Source: Octopus bimaculoides
Taxonomy: Eukaryota
NCBI RefSeq assembly: GCF_001194135.2
Contig: NC_068982.1
Coordinates: 150,387,248-150,451,247, forward strand
Direction: 5' to 3'
Length of the DNA stretch: 64,000 nt
Numbering within the stretch: the stretch's first letter is position 1; every line of letters begins with the position of its first letter. The position numbers and the translations under genes were made by a program. The notes under the pieces are model-generated. The model was not told where the DNA came from and ran no database searches. It saw only the letters and a list, made by a program, of their open reading frames with translations. Shown piece by piece: positions 38,871 to 50,998 of this stretch.

Positions 38871-39867
38871 CAGTTGACATCCGATCTGAAGGTAGAAATT
38901 TGCCAGAAATGTTTGAAGCTAATGAAGACAATGTTTTTTCCCAATTTCATGACAGGGAATGAAACATGGACATATCTTAATGATTCAAATAAATGAAGGC
39001 TCAGTCCACAGAATGGTATCACACCTCTTCTTCAAAGCTTAAGAAGTTCAAGAACCAGTGACTGTGTTTTAGGATGACAAGAACATCATTCTCCTTGATT
39101 TTCTAGAATGTGGCATCACCATAAACAGCAAGCTGTACACGAAGACGCTCAAAAAGCTTACAGAAACCATGAGGAGTTAGAAACCAAACAAGAATTTGAA
39201 AACAATCCACATTCATCATGATAATGTGCAACCATACACAATTTTGGCAACAAATCAGATAATCAGCAAATCAAATTTGTCAGTGGTCCCTTCTTTACTG
39301 TTACTGCCAGGGTCTGGTGTGCATTAACTTTCACCAGTTTGGTCTAATGGAGGGCAGTCTTTAGGGATAACAATTTGATGATACACAAGAAGTGAAAGTG
39401 GCTACAATAATGGCACAAATGCATCGCTCGTGATGGTAGACTTTACTGAGTTGTGGTTTTCTATGGAAGAAGTTATTTTACCAACATGTGCAATTTAAAC
39501 ACCTTATATCAGTTATGTCCACTTTTGCATTACTTTTGTTAGAATCTTTGTATAATTTAAAAATCAATAAAAAACATAAAGCATGCACTAACTTATACAA
39601 TATAGCTCAATTTAACGGATGAATGGCCATTATCATTAGTATCTTCATTGTTTCCAGTTGAAAGGAAAATTTTGACTATGTGCAGCTATTACTGAAATTT
39701 ATTATGAAGTATTATAAGAGATACAGTGTCACAGATTGTTTTAGGGTGAATAAGTAACTTCAATTATTAAATGCATGTCAAACACTACCAATATCAGAGA
39801 TGTTAGTTCATGCAGTTTGAGTTAGCTGAGTAATAATTGTCAACAAACAGAATAGAATATTTTCTTT

Positions 39868-40284
39868 GTTAGCACGCCGGGCAAAATGCTTAGCGGTATT
39901 TTGTCTGTCTTTACGTTCTGAGTTCAAATTCCTCCGAGGTCAACTTTGCTTTTCATCCTTTTGGGTCAAAAAATTAAGTACCAGTTGCATACTGGGGTCA
40001 ATATAATCGACTGTCCCCCTCCCCCCAAAATTTGGGCCTTGTGCCTAGAGTAGAAAAGATTAGAAGGCAGCAAGCTGGCAGAAACGTAAACATGCCGGGC
40101 GAAATGCTTAGTGGTATTTTGTCTGTCTTTACATTCTAAGTTCAAATTCTGCTGAGGACGACTTTGCCTTTCATCCTTTTGGGGTTGATAAATTAAGTAC
40201 CAGTTGCATTCTGGGGGCAATCTAATCAACTGGCCCCCACCCCCTAAAATTTCGGGCCTTGTGCCTAGAGTAGGAAAGAATATT
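39868..40284 (+). repeat. Head-to-tail dimer of a ~220-bp tRNA-derived SINE
   Basis: Two near-identical units (B-box-like GAGTTCAAATTC; core CTTTCATCCTTTTGGGGT.GATAAATTAAGTACCAG). The core resembles the Meta/Sauria-type SINE domain (from memory). Confidence 0.8.
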
Positions 40285-41392
40285 TTCTAGGATTTTTTAA
40301 CACTATAGGCTATCTGAGTTTCCAGACATTTTACAGAAGAGAATGTTAGTGGACAGAAAAACTTAGATAGCTCACAATAAAATGTTTATGCTAAAGCAGA
40401 ATGAAAAATGTAAAGCTTTCAATGGTAGGAAACTGTGACACCTGTAGACATTCTGTTATGGTCACATAGAAACAAAGCATGCAAATAAATTTCTCATTTG
40501 AAAATCAGCTAATATGGACCCATTTATGGAATTACTTGATTATAGAACCAATGATACAGGCTAAGAAACCAATAAAATTGTGATCCTTAATTTAGTTTAT
40601 GTTGTAATTGCAAACCCTTCTCACTCAAAACATTGTTATAGATCAATTTTTTTTTGTCTTCTTAAATACTAGATGAGGTTACAACATGCCCCTATTTTCT
40701 TTATCTTATGTAATATATAACTTAAATAGCTTTTTATATATAACTAAAATGGAAATAATCATCATCATCATCATTACAATTATTAACATGTCGTAAAAAT
40801 ATAAGCTGATAAAATAATGTTGTTTAACAGGTGTCAGCCTTGATTCAACAAGCCTATAATCAAAGGCATTCCAGCCATGACCATCTCATTTTTTTTTCAG
40901 CTATAGTGTATCAAGGACTATATTATCCAATATGTATTACCCAGTTTTTGAAGATGAGGCGTGATATGAGGAAACTTTCATTGCTATTTTTAGCAGGTTG
41001 ACTGACTATGTAAAAAGTTACCTCATTGCCTTGAAATAACTTCTTTCTTTTCTAGTCTGTTAGTCATCTGATATGTCAGTTGCTCTTTACATTTGGTCAG
41101 GTTGTAGTGGCTGTTCAACAGTATCAGCCTGTTGTCATTATCTCTCTTTATGTTGTCACTTCCTTTCTCCAATTGTCCTTCACATACACTATTTCTCTTT
41201 TCTCTCTCACCGTTTTTTTTTCTTCATCTTTTTTTTTAAATTATTTCCAAACATACATAATAGTATTCAATACTTTCCAAATTCAATTGCAATGTTTTAA
41301 TAATGTTGTTCTTTATGTGATTTGTTAAGCTTTCTTTCAACCATTTAGCAACTAGGTTCTGTATTTGATTTCAACAAACCCACATTTTCCTA

Positions 41393-41883
41393 GGTCATCT
41401 TTCTGTATGGAGGAGGACAGCTGCATAAAGAAGTGTCAAGCTCTAATTGTAGAGGGTACCTGTGGAAGGGATGGACCCAGGAAGACGTGGGATGAAGTGG
41501 TGAAAGAGGATCTTCAGATGCTGGGCCTCACTGAAGAAATGACAAGGGACCGAGAAATGTGGCAATTTGCTGTACTTGAGAAGACATGTCAAGCTAAGTA
41601 AAATTGCTGTCTTCCATATGTACAGGCTTGTTCTTTCAGGTGCTGGCGCTACTTTAAAAAGCACTCATGCCGGTGCTGCATAAATGCACTTGTGCCGGTG
41701 CTGCATAAATGCACCAGTGCCGGTGCTGTGTAAAAAGTGGTTGGCATTAGGAAAGGCATCCAGCCGTAGAAACCACACCACAACAGACAGTTGGAGTCTG
41801 GACAGCTCCCTACTAGCCAGCTTCATGTCTAACCATCCAACCGATGCCAACATGGAGAGTGGACATTAAACGATGATGATGAT
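41393..41883 (+). mobile_element. 5'-truncated RTE LINE 3' end (ORF C-terminus + 3' UTR + (GAT)n)
   Basis: MEEDSCIKKC..GTCGRDGPRKTWDEVVKEDLQMLGLTEEMTRDREMWQFAV* is a typical RTE C-terminus; stop at 41599-41601. Confidence 0.85.
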
Positions 41884-42418
41884 CTTCTTCAGATACCCTC
41901 CTCTAAAAGCAGATGGCACTTCTTTGTGCAGTCACCTTTCTTGCACACATCAATTGATAAATTTAAAGCCCAGCCAGTTTTTCAACTCACTTGTGCCCCA
42001 CTTTTCCTGTAGGTTAACACTACACATCTAACTTTCCATAGATGTTCCACATCCAATAACCAAGTCTTACAAAGCAGCATCATATTGTTGACACATATTT
42101 CATACAGTCCAACTTGCACATGAAGAGAGAACACTTTTGTTGCCAACAGAATTAACAGCCCCCTAAGCTTCTTACACCCTCTCTATACTTTTAGCAACTA
42201 TATATCACTACAATTAACATCAATTAGATTACCTAGGGAACAAAAGCTGTCAACTACATTTTGTGATTGTCTGGGCAGTTCAAAGACTTCGTTTCATAAG
42301 TACTTCCTAATGTTAATCACCCTTTTACATCTATCACATCTGAAATCCTGGTTCACTGATGTCATTTTTATTAGTACTCCTGCTGTTGAATACCCCTGTA
42401 AATCTATCAGATCTGATG

Positions 42419-42731
42419 TGAAGGTGCATGGCTTAGTGGTTAGGGTATTCAGCTCACGATTGTAAGGTTGTGAGTTAGATACTCAGTGGCATGTGTCCTT
42501 GAGCAAGATGCTTTATTTTACATTGCTCCAGTTCACTCAGCTTACAAAAATGAATTGCACCTGTAATTCAAAGAACCAGCTTTGTCACATTCCATATCAT
42601 GATGAATCTCCTTGAGAACTACCGTAAGGGTACATGTGTCTCAGTACTTGCATGTTAAATTCATGAGCAGTCTGTTCCGTTGATTGGATCAACTAGAACC
42701 CTTATCATTGTAACTGACAGAGTGCCAGTTA
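42419..42731 (+). repeat. tRNA-derived SINE (~310 bp), third family
   Basis: A-box-like TGGCTTAGTGG; central TGTGTCCTTGAGCAAGA..ATTGCTCCAG; 12-bp TSD-like CAGATCTGATGT / CAGACCTGAAGT. Confidence 0.75.
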
Positions 42732-43164
42732 GCAGACCTGAAGTCTTGGTTTACAAGTGTCATTTTATGAGTACTATCGCTATTAACTACCCCTGCACTT
42801 CAATCACATCAGAAATCCTGGTTCTCTGTCAGTCAGTCTGTGAGAAAAATTGACTTCATTAGAACAAATAAGGTCTACAGAACAATAATTATTTGTCAAG
42901 CTCCTACTTACTTTTTATGTCAGATGGATAAACTTAATTGTAATATTGGAAAAGCTCCAGAATATGGTGGAGTTGTTGCAAACTTGAAGCCTACACTAAT
43001 ACTTACTTTTACTAGAGAAAGATTTCAGCCAATCTAAGTACCAATGAGTACACTACTTCATTACATAATACTGCATACTACACAGGACTCACTATACTAC
43101 TGCACCACATCACATTCCATAACTTTGCAAGTGAACAAGTGAGTCGTAAACTGGTCATTCAAAA

Positions 43165-43335
43165 TAGCAGCCAAATCTTTCACAAATCACACCCTATCTT
43201 AAAAAAGGAAGGACACACTGGAAAATATAATAATAGAGACACTGTCAATGAGTGAAAAATTGGATAGGTGGTCACAGCTACAATGTCTCTAATTATAGGT
43301 CTGCTCAATCAAGGGTGACCTGGCCTTGATGACAA
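43165..43335 (+). repeat. Dispersed ~170-200-bp repeat (also ~28855-28990, 33100-33230, 48390-48640 on +; ~40820-41020, 48670-48720 on -)
   Basis: Recurring AATAGCAGCCAAATCT..TCTTAAAAAAGGAAGGACAC..GGTCA(C/T)AGCT..AATG motif; some copies end in (AAC)n. Confidence 0.55.
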
Positions 43336-43602
43336 GGGGGTGCTGAAAAGAGTTTTGTGAAAGGCCTGGTTGGAGGCCCAGCCTTCTGAGTTCTTTTACA
43401 GGGCTTAAAAAAACTAAAGGACTATTGCAGTAAGTGTGTGAATCTGAGAGGGGAATATGTTGGATAAAATCATAATTAATTGATCCTCTTGTATTTCCTT
43501 TTAGCCAAAGCTAGGAATTTCTCAGCACTCACTTGTACAACAACTACATCACATTATACTACCAAAACAGTACTCTACTCTCTCTTTCTCTCTCTCACAC
43601 AT

Positions 43603-43893
43603 ATAACTGGCACTTCATTGGTTATGACAACTGTTCTAGTTGATCCAATCAATGGAACAACTTGCTTGTGAAATTAATATGAAATTAACATTCTCAGGGA
43701 GATTCAGTGTGACACAGAATGTGATAAGGCTGGCCCTTTGAATTACAGGTACAACTTATTTTTACCAGCTGAGTGGACTGGAGCAACATGAAATAAAGTG
43801 TCTTGCTCAAGGACACAGTGCACCGCTGGAAATCAAACTCATAAGCTTATGATCAAAAGCCAAATAGCCTAACCACTAAGCCATATGCCTTCA
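43603..43893 (-). repeat. Antisense copy of the 42419-42731 SINE
   Basis: The reverse complement aligns from TGAAGGCATATGGCTTAGTGGTTAGG to GTGCCAGTTA. Confidence 0.75.
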
Positions 43894-45570
43894 TACATGC
43901 ACATATATACATAGAAACTATGTCATAATCACACCTCAATATTTCACCCAACTCTAATTCATTAAGTTATTTACAATTGGTAAAATCCATTTGGAAAGAA
44001 TTGTTAGACAGTTTAAATACCTGAAAGATTAAGTCTGTAAGTAACTACTTTATAACAGAAGTGGGTCATAAAAATACCTGCAAAGCAACTGTTATCATAA
44101 GCCTTAAGTGATTTCATAAGTCATGTCATAATCACAAATGATATGAAAACCATGTTGTGGGATATTTGATTGCTATGTTGTGTAAGTATGTGATAGCTAC
44201 ACTAAGGAAGAATCTAAAGAACTTCAGTATAAATTATAGTCTAACTGGAAACACAGAATGACACTCATTAAAAATAAAAGGTAAATTGAAGTCAAAAAGA
44301 CTAACTAATTTTCATTGAAAAATTCACTATTTATGCTTTCAAGAATTCCTACCTCTCAAAAAGAATAAATGACTAACAGTTTAAGACTTCAGGTATTTTA
44401 AACTTGAAATTTCAACTAATATTTTTATGTATGTAAAAAAAAAAAAATTCCTATACCAGAAGTTATGCCTTGTGAAATCACTTCAATGTCTTATCATTAC
44501 TAAGGCAGATATCACAACAGTCCACTAAAGACTTAAATCTTGGATATTACAAACATTTTTATTTGTGTGCTTGACAGAGGCTAAGACTTACAACAAACCA
44601 CATCTAAGAGGCTGATTCTCAACCGCTTAGCAATTTATAAATACTTACAGCTTTACTGTACGTATATTTTAGAAGAGATATGTCACATCACTGTATGTCA
44701 AAAGAGACAACTAAGTGTTGGCAACAGGAGGAGCATTCAACGATAAAACACTGCTTCAGAAAAACTATCCAACCCCTGCCTATACAAAAAAGAACACCTA
44801 AAATGCTGATAATAACTACTTTGAGTTAGATGTGGTTTTCCTTTTAATTGGATTGTTCTGATGAAAGAGGCTATACCTATGAACTTCACAAGCTTTCTGA
44901 GACCAGTGAGATCACTGCAGTTAACATTCTTCTTGAGCAGTTGCATATTGACAACTGCAGGAAAAACATGTACAAGAGAAGGTTCCAGAGGGTTTACAAT
45001 CAAGGAAGGATTGGATCTTGTGGTTAGTATGAAGCCTGGAGGAAAACAAACTCTATGGTTGATGAGAGGAGAGACAAGTGAAGCAAGAGTGTAAGAGTAG
45101 AGATGGAAAAAAAGACCATCCAACTCCAATGAGATAAAGCCACAGTAGTGGAAAAGTAGAGAGAGGAGACATCACATCAGTGTAGTGGAAGTTGAGATAT
45201 ACTAATGAGTAACTTTGCAAAAATCATTCAGGTGGGTTTTCTTAGGATGTCTGCAAGGGTGTAGCAGCAGTACTGATGCAAATGAAGGAGCAGTGCTCCC
45301 TGAACTTTGTAGTGGGTTAGTTGTCAGGGACTAAATTATTTTCTGACCCTGAAGAAGATGGCTAGTCTTTACTACTTAAGGAGATGCATTTGCCATGTTG
45401 TGTGCTGTGTATATTTAGGGGAGTAGGGGAAGGAGTGATATTTTCTTGAGTGTCTTAGTTAGTATGTCTTTGTCCTGTTGAATGAAAGATTGGCATGACT
45501 CAGTTAAAGGAGATTTTTAAGGTCCCTGTTCGTGGGGATGGTGCAAGTTTAGTATGAGTGTCTTACTTGC

Positions 45571-45726
45571 ATGCTGGAGTGGCTGTGTGGTAAGAAGCTT
45601 GCTTCCCAATCACATGGTTCCAGGTTCTGTCCCATTGTGTGGCACCTTGGACAAGTGTCTTCTACTAAGCCTTAGGCCAACCAAAGTCTTGAGTGGATTT
45701 GGTAGACAGAAACTGAAAGAAGCCTG

Positions 45727-45763
<37 letters not shown>

Positions 45764-45960
45764 CATATAGACATTTATATGTGTGAATTTGTGTCTGTTT
45801 CTCCCCACACCATTGCTTGATGTGTTGGTGTGTTTACATCCCTATAACAGATAGAATAAGTACTAGGCTTACAAAGAATAAGTCCTGTGGTCAATTTGTT
45901 CAATTAAAGGTGGTGTTCCAGCATGGCTACAGTCAAATAACTGAAACAAGCAAAAGAGAA
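45571..45960 (+). repeat. Full-length tRNA-derived SINE with internal (TA)n and a CR1/L2-group tail
   Basis: A-box TGGCTGTGTGG and B-box-like GGTTCTGTCCC; the tail GGTGGTGTTCCAGCATGGCTACAG..CTGAAAC matches 28607-28668 and 47198-47275. Confidence 0.75.
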
Positions 45961-48900
45961 TATTTCAGTGTGGAAGGGAAGGCAGTTTTGGGGAACATTG
46001 AGGATAACTGAAGTATATTGTTGTTACAACCAAGTGGCCTTGTTGGTTTAAAGCAACCAGAGGTGGTTTCACACATGGCATGTATGCACATGTAGAGTGA
46101 AAAGGATAGCTTGAGAGATATATTTTATGTGTGTAGAACTGGATGCAAAATGGACAGCAAATGTGGATGCTTTTACAGTTAAGAACTGGAAGGAAAGATG
46201 ATTCCACAAAGTTGACAAAAATCCTTTTAACAAAGGATTAAAAGGATCAGCTGCAATTTGGGAGGTGGGAGGGAGGTCAAGTAGGCAGTGCAAAGCACAG
46301 GAACATCCTTTGCATTTTGAATGATGATCTCCAAGAATTCTATCTATTTTGTGACAAAACTCTTGAATTACATTGAACACCACTGAAAATGTTTTTGGGA
46401 AATATGACAAAGACAACCTAATGGACTTCATATCTTACCAAGCTGCTGCAACAACAATCAAATTAGAGTCAGGTATACAGTATGATATATTACTCATTCA
46501 TGTTTATCTGGTCTGTGACAGTAACAATCATAAGATGACTTCATTTCTATTTCCTGTCAGGATTATATTTCCCATCAACACAGTACTTTACCTATTTGTC
46601 AATAACAGTGCTGTTATCTGCTTTGTTTATGCATCAGTTGATGTATTTAATGTCCAACCATTCTTCCCAGCTCACTTGTGCTTCACCCTACAAGCAGGTT
46701 AAAATTAGGTTTGTGTATGTGTAATCTCAAGAGTGATCCAGAGCACGTGATAATGTGCATTATCATATAATTCATTATAAGAAAATAATGTAATATAGAA
46801 ACATTGAGAAGATAAGTAGTGAACTTCATCAGTGACCTGGTTTCATTTCCTGATTGTAATTTTACTTGACAATTGTCCCCATATTAATGTCACAACACCA
46901 ACTTACCATATAAATCTGAAGCCTAGCAGCACCAGCATTACTGTCAATTTCAAAAATAATAAGAATCTTTCCTTTTCAAGTAATTGCAGGAAAATAGCTG
47001 AAATTTCAAAAGCTGTAAAACTACCATCATTGTGCTTCCCTTTTTTAAACCTAGCACATTGGTCAATGTTCTTTGGTTACCAAACAGAAAAGTATGCTTA
47101 CTTTGAAAATCTACAAAACTATATTAATACTTTGTTTCCTTATTTGCTAACTTCTTTCAAGAATCTTACAGAAATTTCTTCAATCTTTATTACCATTAAC
47201 GGCGGTGCCCCAGCATGGCCGCAGCTTTGAGCTGAAACCGATAAAAGAAAGTAAAAGAAAAGAAAGTAAGTTACAGTACTAAAGAAAAGATTAAAAGAAC
47301 ATTACAGTTCCAAAATATGGAATGCACTGCCAGTAGCCACTGTGAAAGTTGAGGACAAACAAATTTTAAAAAACCCTTTTTCCACAGCAACTTAGAATAT
47401 TACTTTCTAACTTGACATAATTTACATTTAATAGCATCTGCAACTAAGCAGTGTTCTAAAACTATTCCTAGGTTGGCAAATGGAGCAGTAACTGTGCACT
47501 AATAGATGTTTTATTTTTCATCATCTCTGAATTGGCTGTAAACTGCTGTTTGTACTACAGTTTGTGTACTATTTACTTAGATAGAACTATAGCAACATAT
47601 CACGCGATAAAACTCTTTTATAAGTACAAACACTATAATTTACCATAGACACGTTTGATTGACAAAATGCATGACTCAACAAAAAAAAAACGAAACCATA
47701 ATCAATAAGGATAACCAAACCATGCAGACATTTTGGTTACGTAAACTACGTATTTATTACTTAAATTATTTATATTGCATGTTTAGTGTGGTCTGATAGA
47801 CTTTTGCGATTTACAGAAATGCTTAATAAGAGTATAAAGCAAACGGTTCATCTGTCTGTTCAAAAGAACTGAGCAGATGTTAACGGAAATAATGAAATCC
47901 TAACTCGAAGTAGATGAAAATGATTGTGTGGCTTATATTTGAAATAATTCAACTTAAAAACACCCTTTGTACCAATCTTTTATTTTGCAATACAGGATGA
48001 TTGCTCTATCACCGATAAGAAAATGAAAATGTATGGTTTCTAGGAAAATAGGGTTTTTGCATCACCATTGTTAGTGTTTGTACACTAGAGGAATGGTTTT
48101 AATGGTGAACAGATATCATAAGACGAAGAATTGATAAATTGTTCGCAACTACCAACATCTCGTATAGAAATGGAATAAAATAAAATAAAACACGCATTTC
48201 TAAGAAAATTTATATGAATAAAACAACTAATAAGTACAAATATGGTAGTAATAAATTTGTTACGTGGTTGTAGCATGACTGCAGGTGTATGTGTGTGCAA
48301 CAAGCTCTCCCCCCGTCCCCATGCTGTTTGTAATTGCATTCAGAACACCAACAAGGTAACATCTACGAGGTCGTTCGAACAATTAGAAACAACAGCCAAA
48401 TCTTCCTCAAATCATAGGCTACTGTCTTTTAAAAAAGGGAAGGACACTTTAAACAATGTATATTCCCTGATAACAGCAAAAACATAAATAAATAAAAGAC
48501 GGGTCGTCATAGCTGGAATGCCTTTCATTACAAGTTTGCTCCATCAGAACTGTCTTACTAGAAATAGCAGTTAAATGTCATTCAATCGTCACCCGACTGT
48601 CTTAAAAAGGACACATTGAACAACGTAATCAGGGTACGCTATTTCTGAAAAGGGGTGCGAATCGAGGGAAACGTGGTTGCTATTTCTGAGAGGTTGCACA
48701 ACTATGTAGAGGCTCACTCGTTGGTTCGTTCATTAGTATGGGTACAGAGGAGGTGTGATAAGTCAATATATTTTTTTTATCTGAGTTGAAAGAGAGGGAG
48801 GAGATAAATGCAGTCCATCACATCAACATATTTTTAATCCGTTTCAATAATTTATATATTAAATTGTTGAACTGACATCACAGAAGAGGCACTGTTAACA

Positions 48901-49518
48901 GAAACCGTGCAAAAACGAAGTTGTAGACATTATAGTAGTACTTTGCCTCTATAACAGTGCTGAAATGCATACTGAAGTAGGAATATAGCAGTATTCATGA
49001 ATTTTTCGTCTACGCAGCAATGCTTGCAGAGTTTAAATATACATGGGTGGCATGATTCATAGAGTTTATTTTACAGAGTAAATAAATAGAAGACGAAATA
49101 ATGGCTAATGGGGATTTCTTAATTATTTACTACATCGAAGCCACTTAACGAATTCCGCTTTTTCATTAGACAAACAACAGTATGCATCTGTCAGGTGCTT
49201 CGTTTGAAGCCTACTGCTTGCTGTCTTGTTATTATTGAAAGAGGCGTTAGTGACAACAACAAAGATAAGAAGAGTGAAAGTGTAAATGTAGCATCTTGCA
49301 GTGAGATGAACTGGAGATGTCAGCCATGTTGAATAGCTAATGTCACACGAGATGTGTGTGGGGGACACAAGGAGAGAATAAACATTAATCGGACCCCACC
49401 TCTTTCAGAAACAAATCGAATATTGCTAGGTGTAGTATTTTGGCTTTATGAACAATACAATAGGAACATATGGAAGAAACTTAAACATCATGTGCACACA
49501 CACAAACACGTGATGAAA

Positions 49519-49519
<1 letters not shown>

Positions 49520-49571
<52 letters not shown>

Positions 49572-49665
49572 ATATATGTGTGTGTGTGTGTATATATATA
49601 TATGTGTTTGTGTATATATATATGTGTTTGTGTGTGTGTGTGTATATATATATGTGTGTCTGTCA
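49520..49665. repeat. Compound (TG)n/(TA)n microsatellite
   Basis: Directly visible. Others: (TA)n 2949-2968, (GA)n 22929-22958, (TG)n 33419-33472, (AT)n 33523-33554, (TA)n 45729-45757, (CAT)n 53397-53423. Confidence 0.95.
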
Positions 49666-50174
49666 TGTGTATATTTGCTAAGATAGTAAATTAACTGAAT
49701 AAGAATTAAAAACTTCATTCTTAAAAACCGTTCTTTAGATCCACATATAAATAACTGGGAATAACTCAGTTTCAAGCCTTGTTTAAATATGAATGAAAAT
49801 CAAAGCAGACAGTGAAGCGTATAATTGATATTATGAATGTCTCACTATAAATGTTCTGCGTCAACACAGACACATAATATTAAGGAACTTAGTGACTAGA
49901 TCAAGTGTTAAAATAATAATAATAGAATCGCATAGTGTAGTAAATTATATTGTTGTAATGAGTGAATGTTGTAATACACGATATTGTTGTGAGTGGTATT
50001 ATACTAGAGACTAGTAAAGTATATTGTTGTGAGTGTATATTAAAAGGAAAAGTGAGACACTACAATATGACAATTATACATACACAATTTTTATTATTTT
50101 TTAAAACTGAAAACAACACTTCAGAAATAACTAAGGGTTTCGAATTTCATCTTAAATCAATTCTAGTAATTGAC

Positions 50175-50255
50175 TGGTACTTATTCGACCTATGAAAAAT
50201 TAAAGGTAAAGTCAACTTCGACGGGATTTGAACTCAGAACAAAAAAGACTAGTCA
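50175..50255 (-). repeat. Antisense fragment of the 39868-type SINE near the Rab39 donor
   Basis: TGGTACTTATT..AAAGGTAAAGTCAAC..GGATTTGAACTCAGAAC is the reverse complement of the family core. Confidence 0.65.
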
Positions 50256-50780
50256 AAATATAAACAGTCACAAAAGAATCGAAGAGATCAATGTTAAATT
50301 TGTCAATTTGTTTGTTCTGTCTGTAACATGTTCGTCTATTTACAAATGCTATAATACACACAGATCGATGTCCAGTTAACATCTGTATATATATATATAT
50401 ACGGATTGATTCTATATAGAGTAAATATAAGTGTGTTTGTATGTATTAGGGAGTATTTAATGCAGATGGATGTGTATATGAGGGTTACACAGAATGTGTA
50501 TATAATGCATATACAAATATGCCTATGATAGAGATTGAGTGCACATAATATACAAGTATATGTTAGGTGGTACAGATTGAATGTAATATAATGCACATAA
50601 TGCTCCTTCAGACAAATAAATACGCATAAAAGATACACGACTACGCCATTCGATTAAATGAAGGAATATCTTGCTTGTTCTTCTTTATAACAGTAAAAGT
50701 CCCTGGGAAAGAAAGGAGTTCTTTCTAACAATTAAAAAAAAACTGGAAAGCAAAGGGACATTTTTCGAAGTGCATCTTAC

Positions 50781-50998
50781 CTGAATCGTTCCTGGCCAGC
50801 TGTATCCCATAACTGCAACTTCACACGGATGCCGGGTCGAACTTCGATTAAGCGAGCATAAAAATCCACCCCAACGGTCGGGTCACACACCTCAGCAAAT
50901 TTACCATCAGTAAAGTATTTGAGCAGTGAAGATTTACCAACTGTGCTGTCTCCAATCAGTATTAGACGAAACTGGTACTCGAATATTGGTTCCACCAT
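50781..50998 (-). CDS. Rab39: Rab39-type small GTPase, coding exon 1 (72 codons + 2 nt)
   Basis: Translates MVEPIFEYQFRLILIGDSTVGKSSLLKYFTDGKFAEVCDPTVGVDFYARLIEVRPGIRVKLQLWDTAGQERF(R). Contains the P-loop GDSTVGKS, switch I DPTVGVDF and WDTAGQERF; the YQFRLI-IGDSTVGKS start is Rab39-like. ATG at 50998-50996; donor AG|GTAAGA at 50781/50780. Confidence 0.95.

Larger units (their letters stand above)
38060..39430 (+). mobile_element. mariner transposase relic interrupted by two nested insertions
   Basis: EFLTKEG..DIHRRLQVVY, FKK.TSIED, F.TGNETW, F.DDKNIILLDFLECGITINS, HHDNVQPYT remnants appear in mariner order. Confidence 0.7.
17124..50780 (-). other. Rab39 intron, 33,657 nt, phase 2, GT-AG, TE-rich
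   Basis: Joining the two exons gives an uninterrupted ...GQERFR|SITR... frame, so no further coding exon is needed. Confidence 0.88.

Noticed and set aside
41665-41740. Short regularly spaced repeats as a CRISPR-like array (also 58169-58256)
   Set aside because: No unique spacers, eukaryotic context, no cas genes; these are simple tandem repeats.
45571-45650. tRNA genes at A/B-box-like motifs (also 39868, 40063, 42419)
   Set aside because: No cloverleaf; each continues into a SINE body.
44737-46702. 110-130-aa ORFs (44737-45129, 46069-46431, 46373-46702)
   Set aside because: No start/splice context or domain; probably decayed LINE or chance ORFs.
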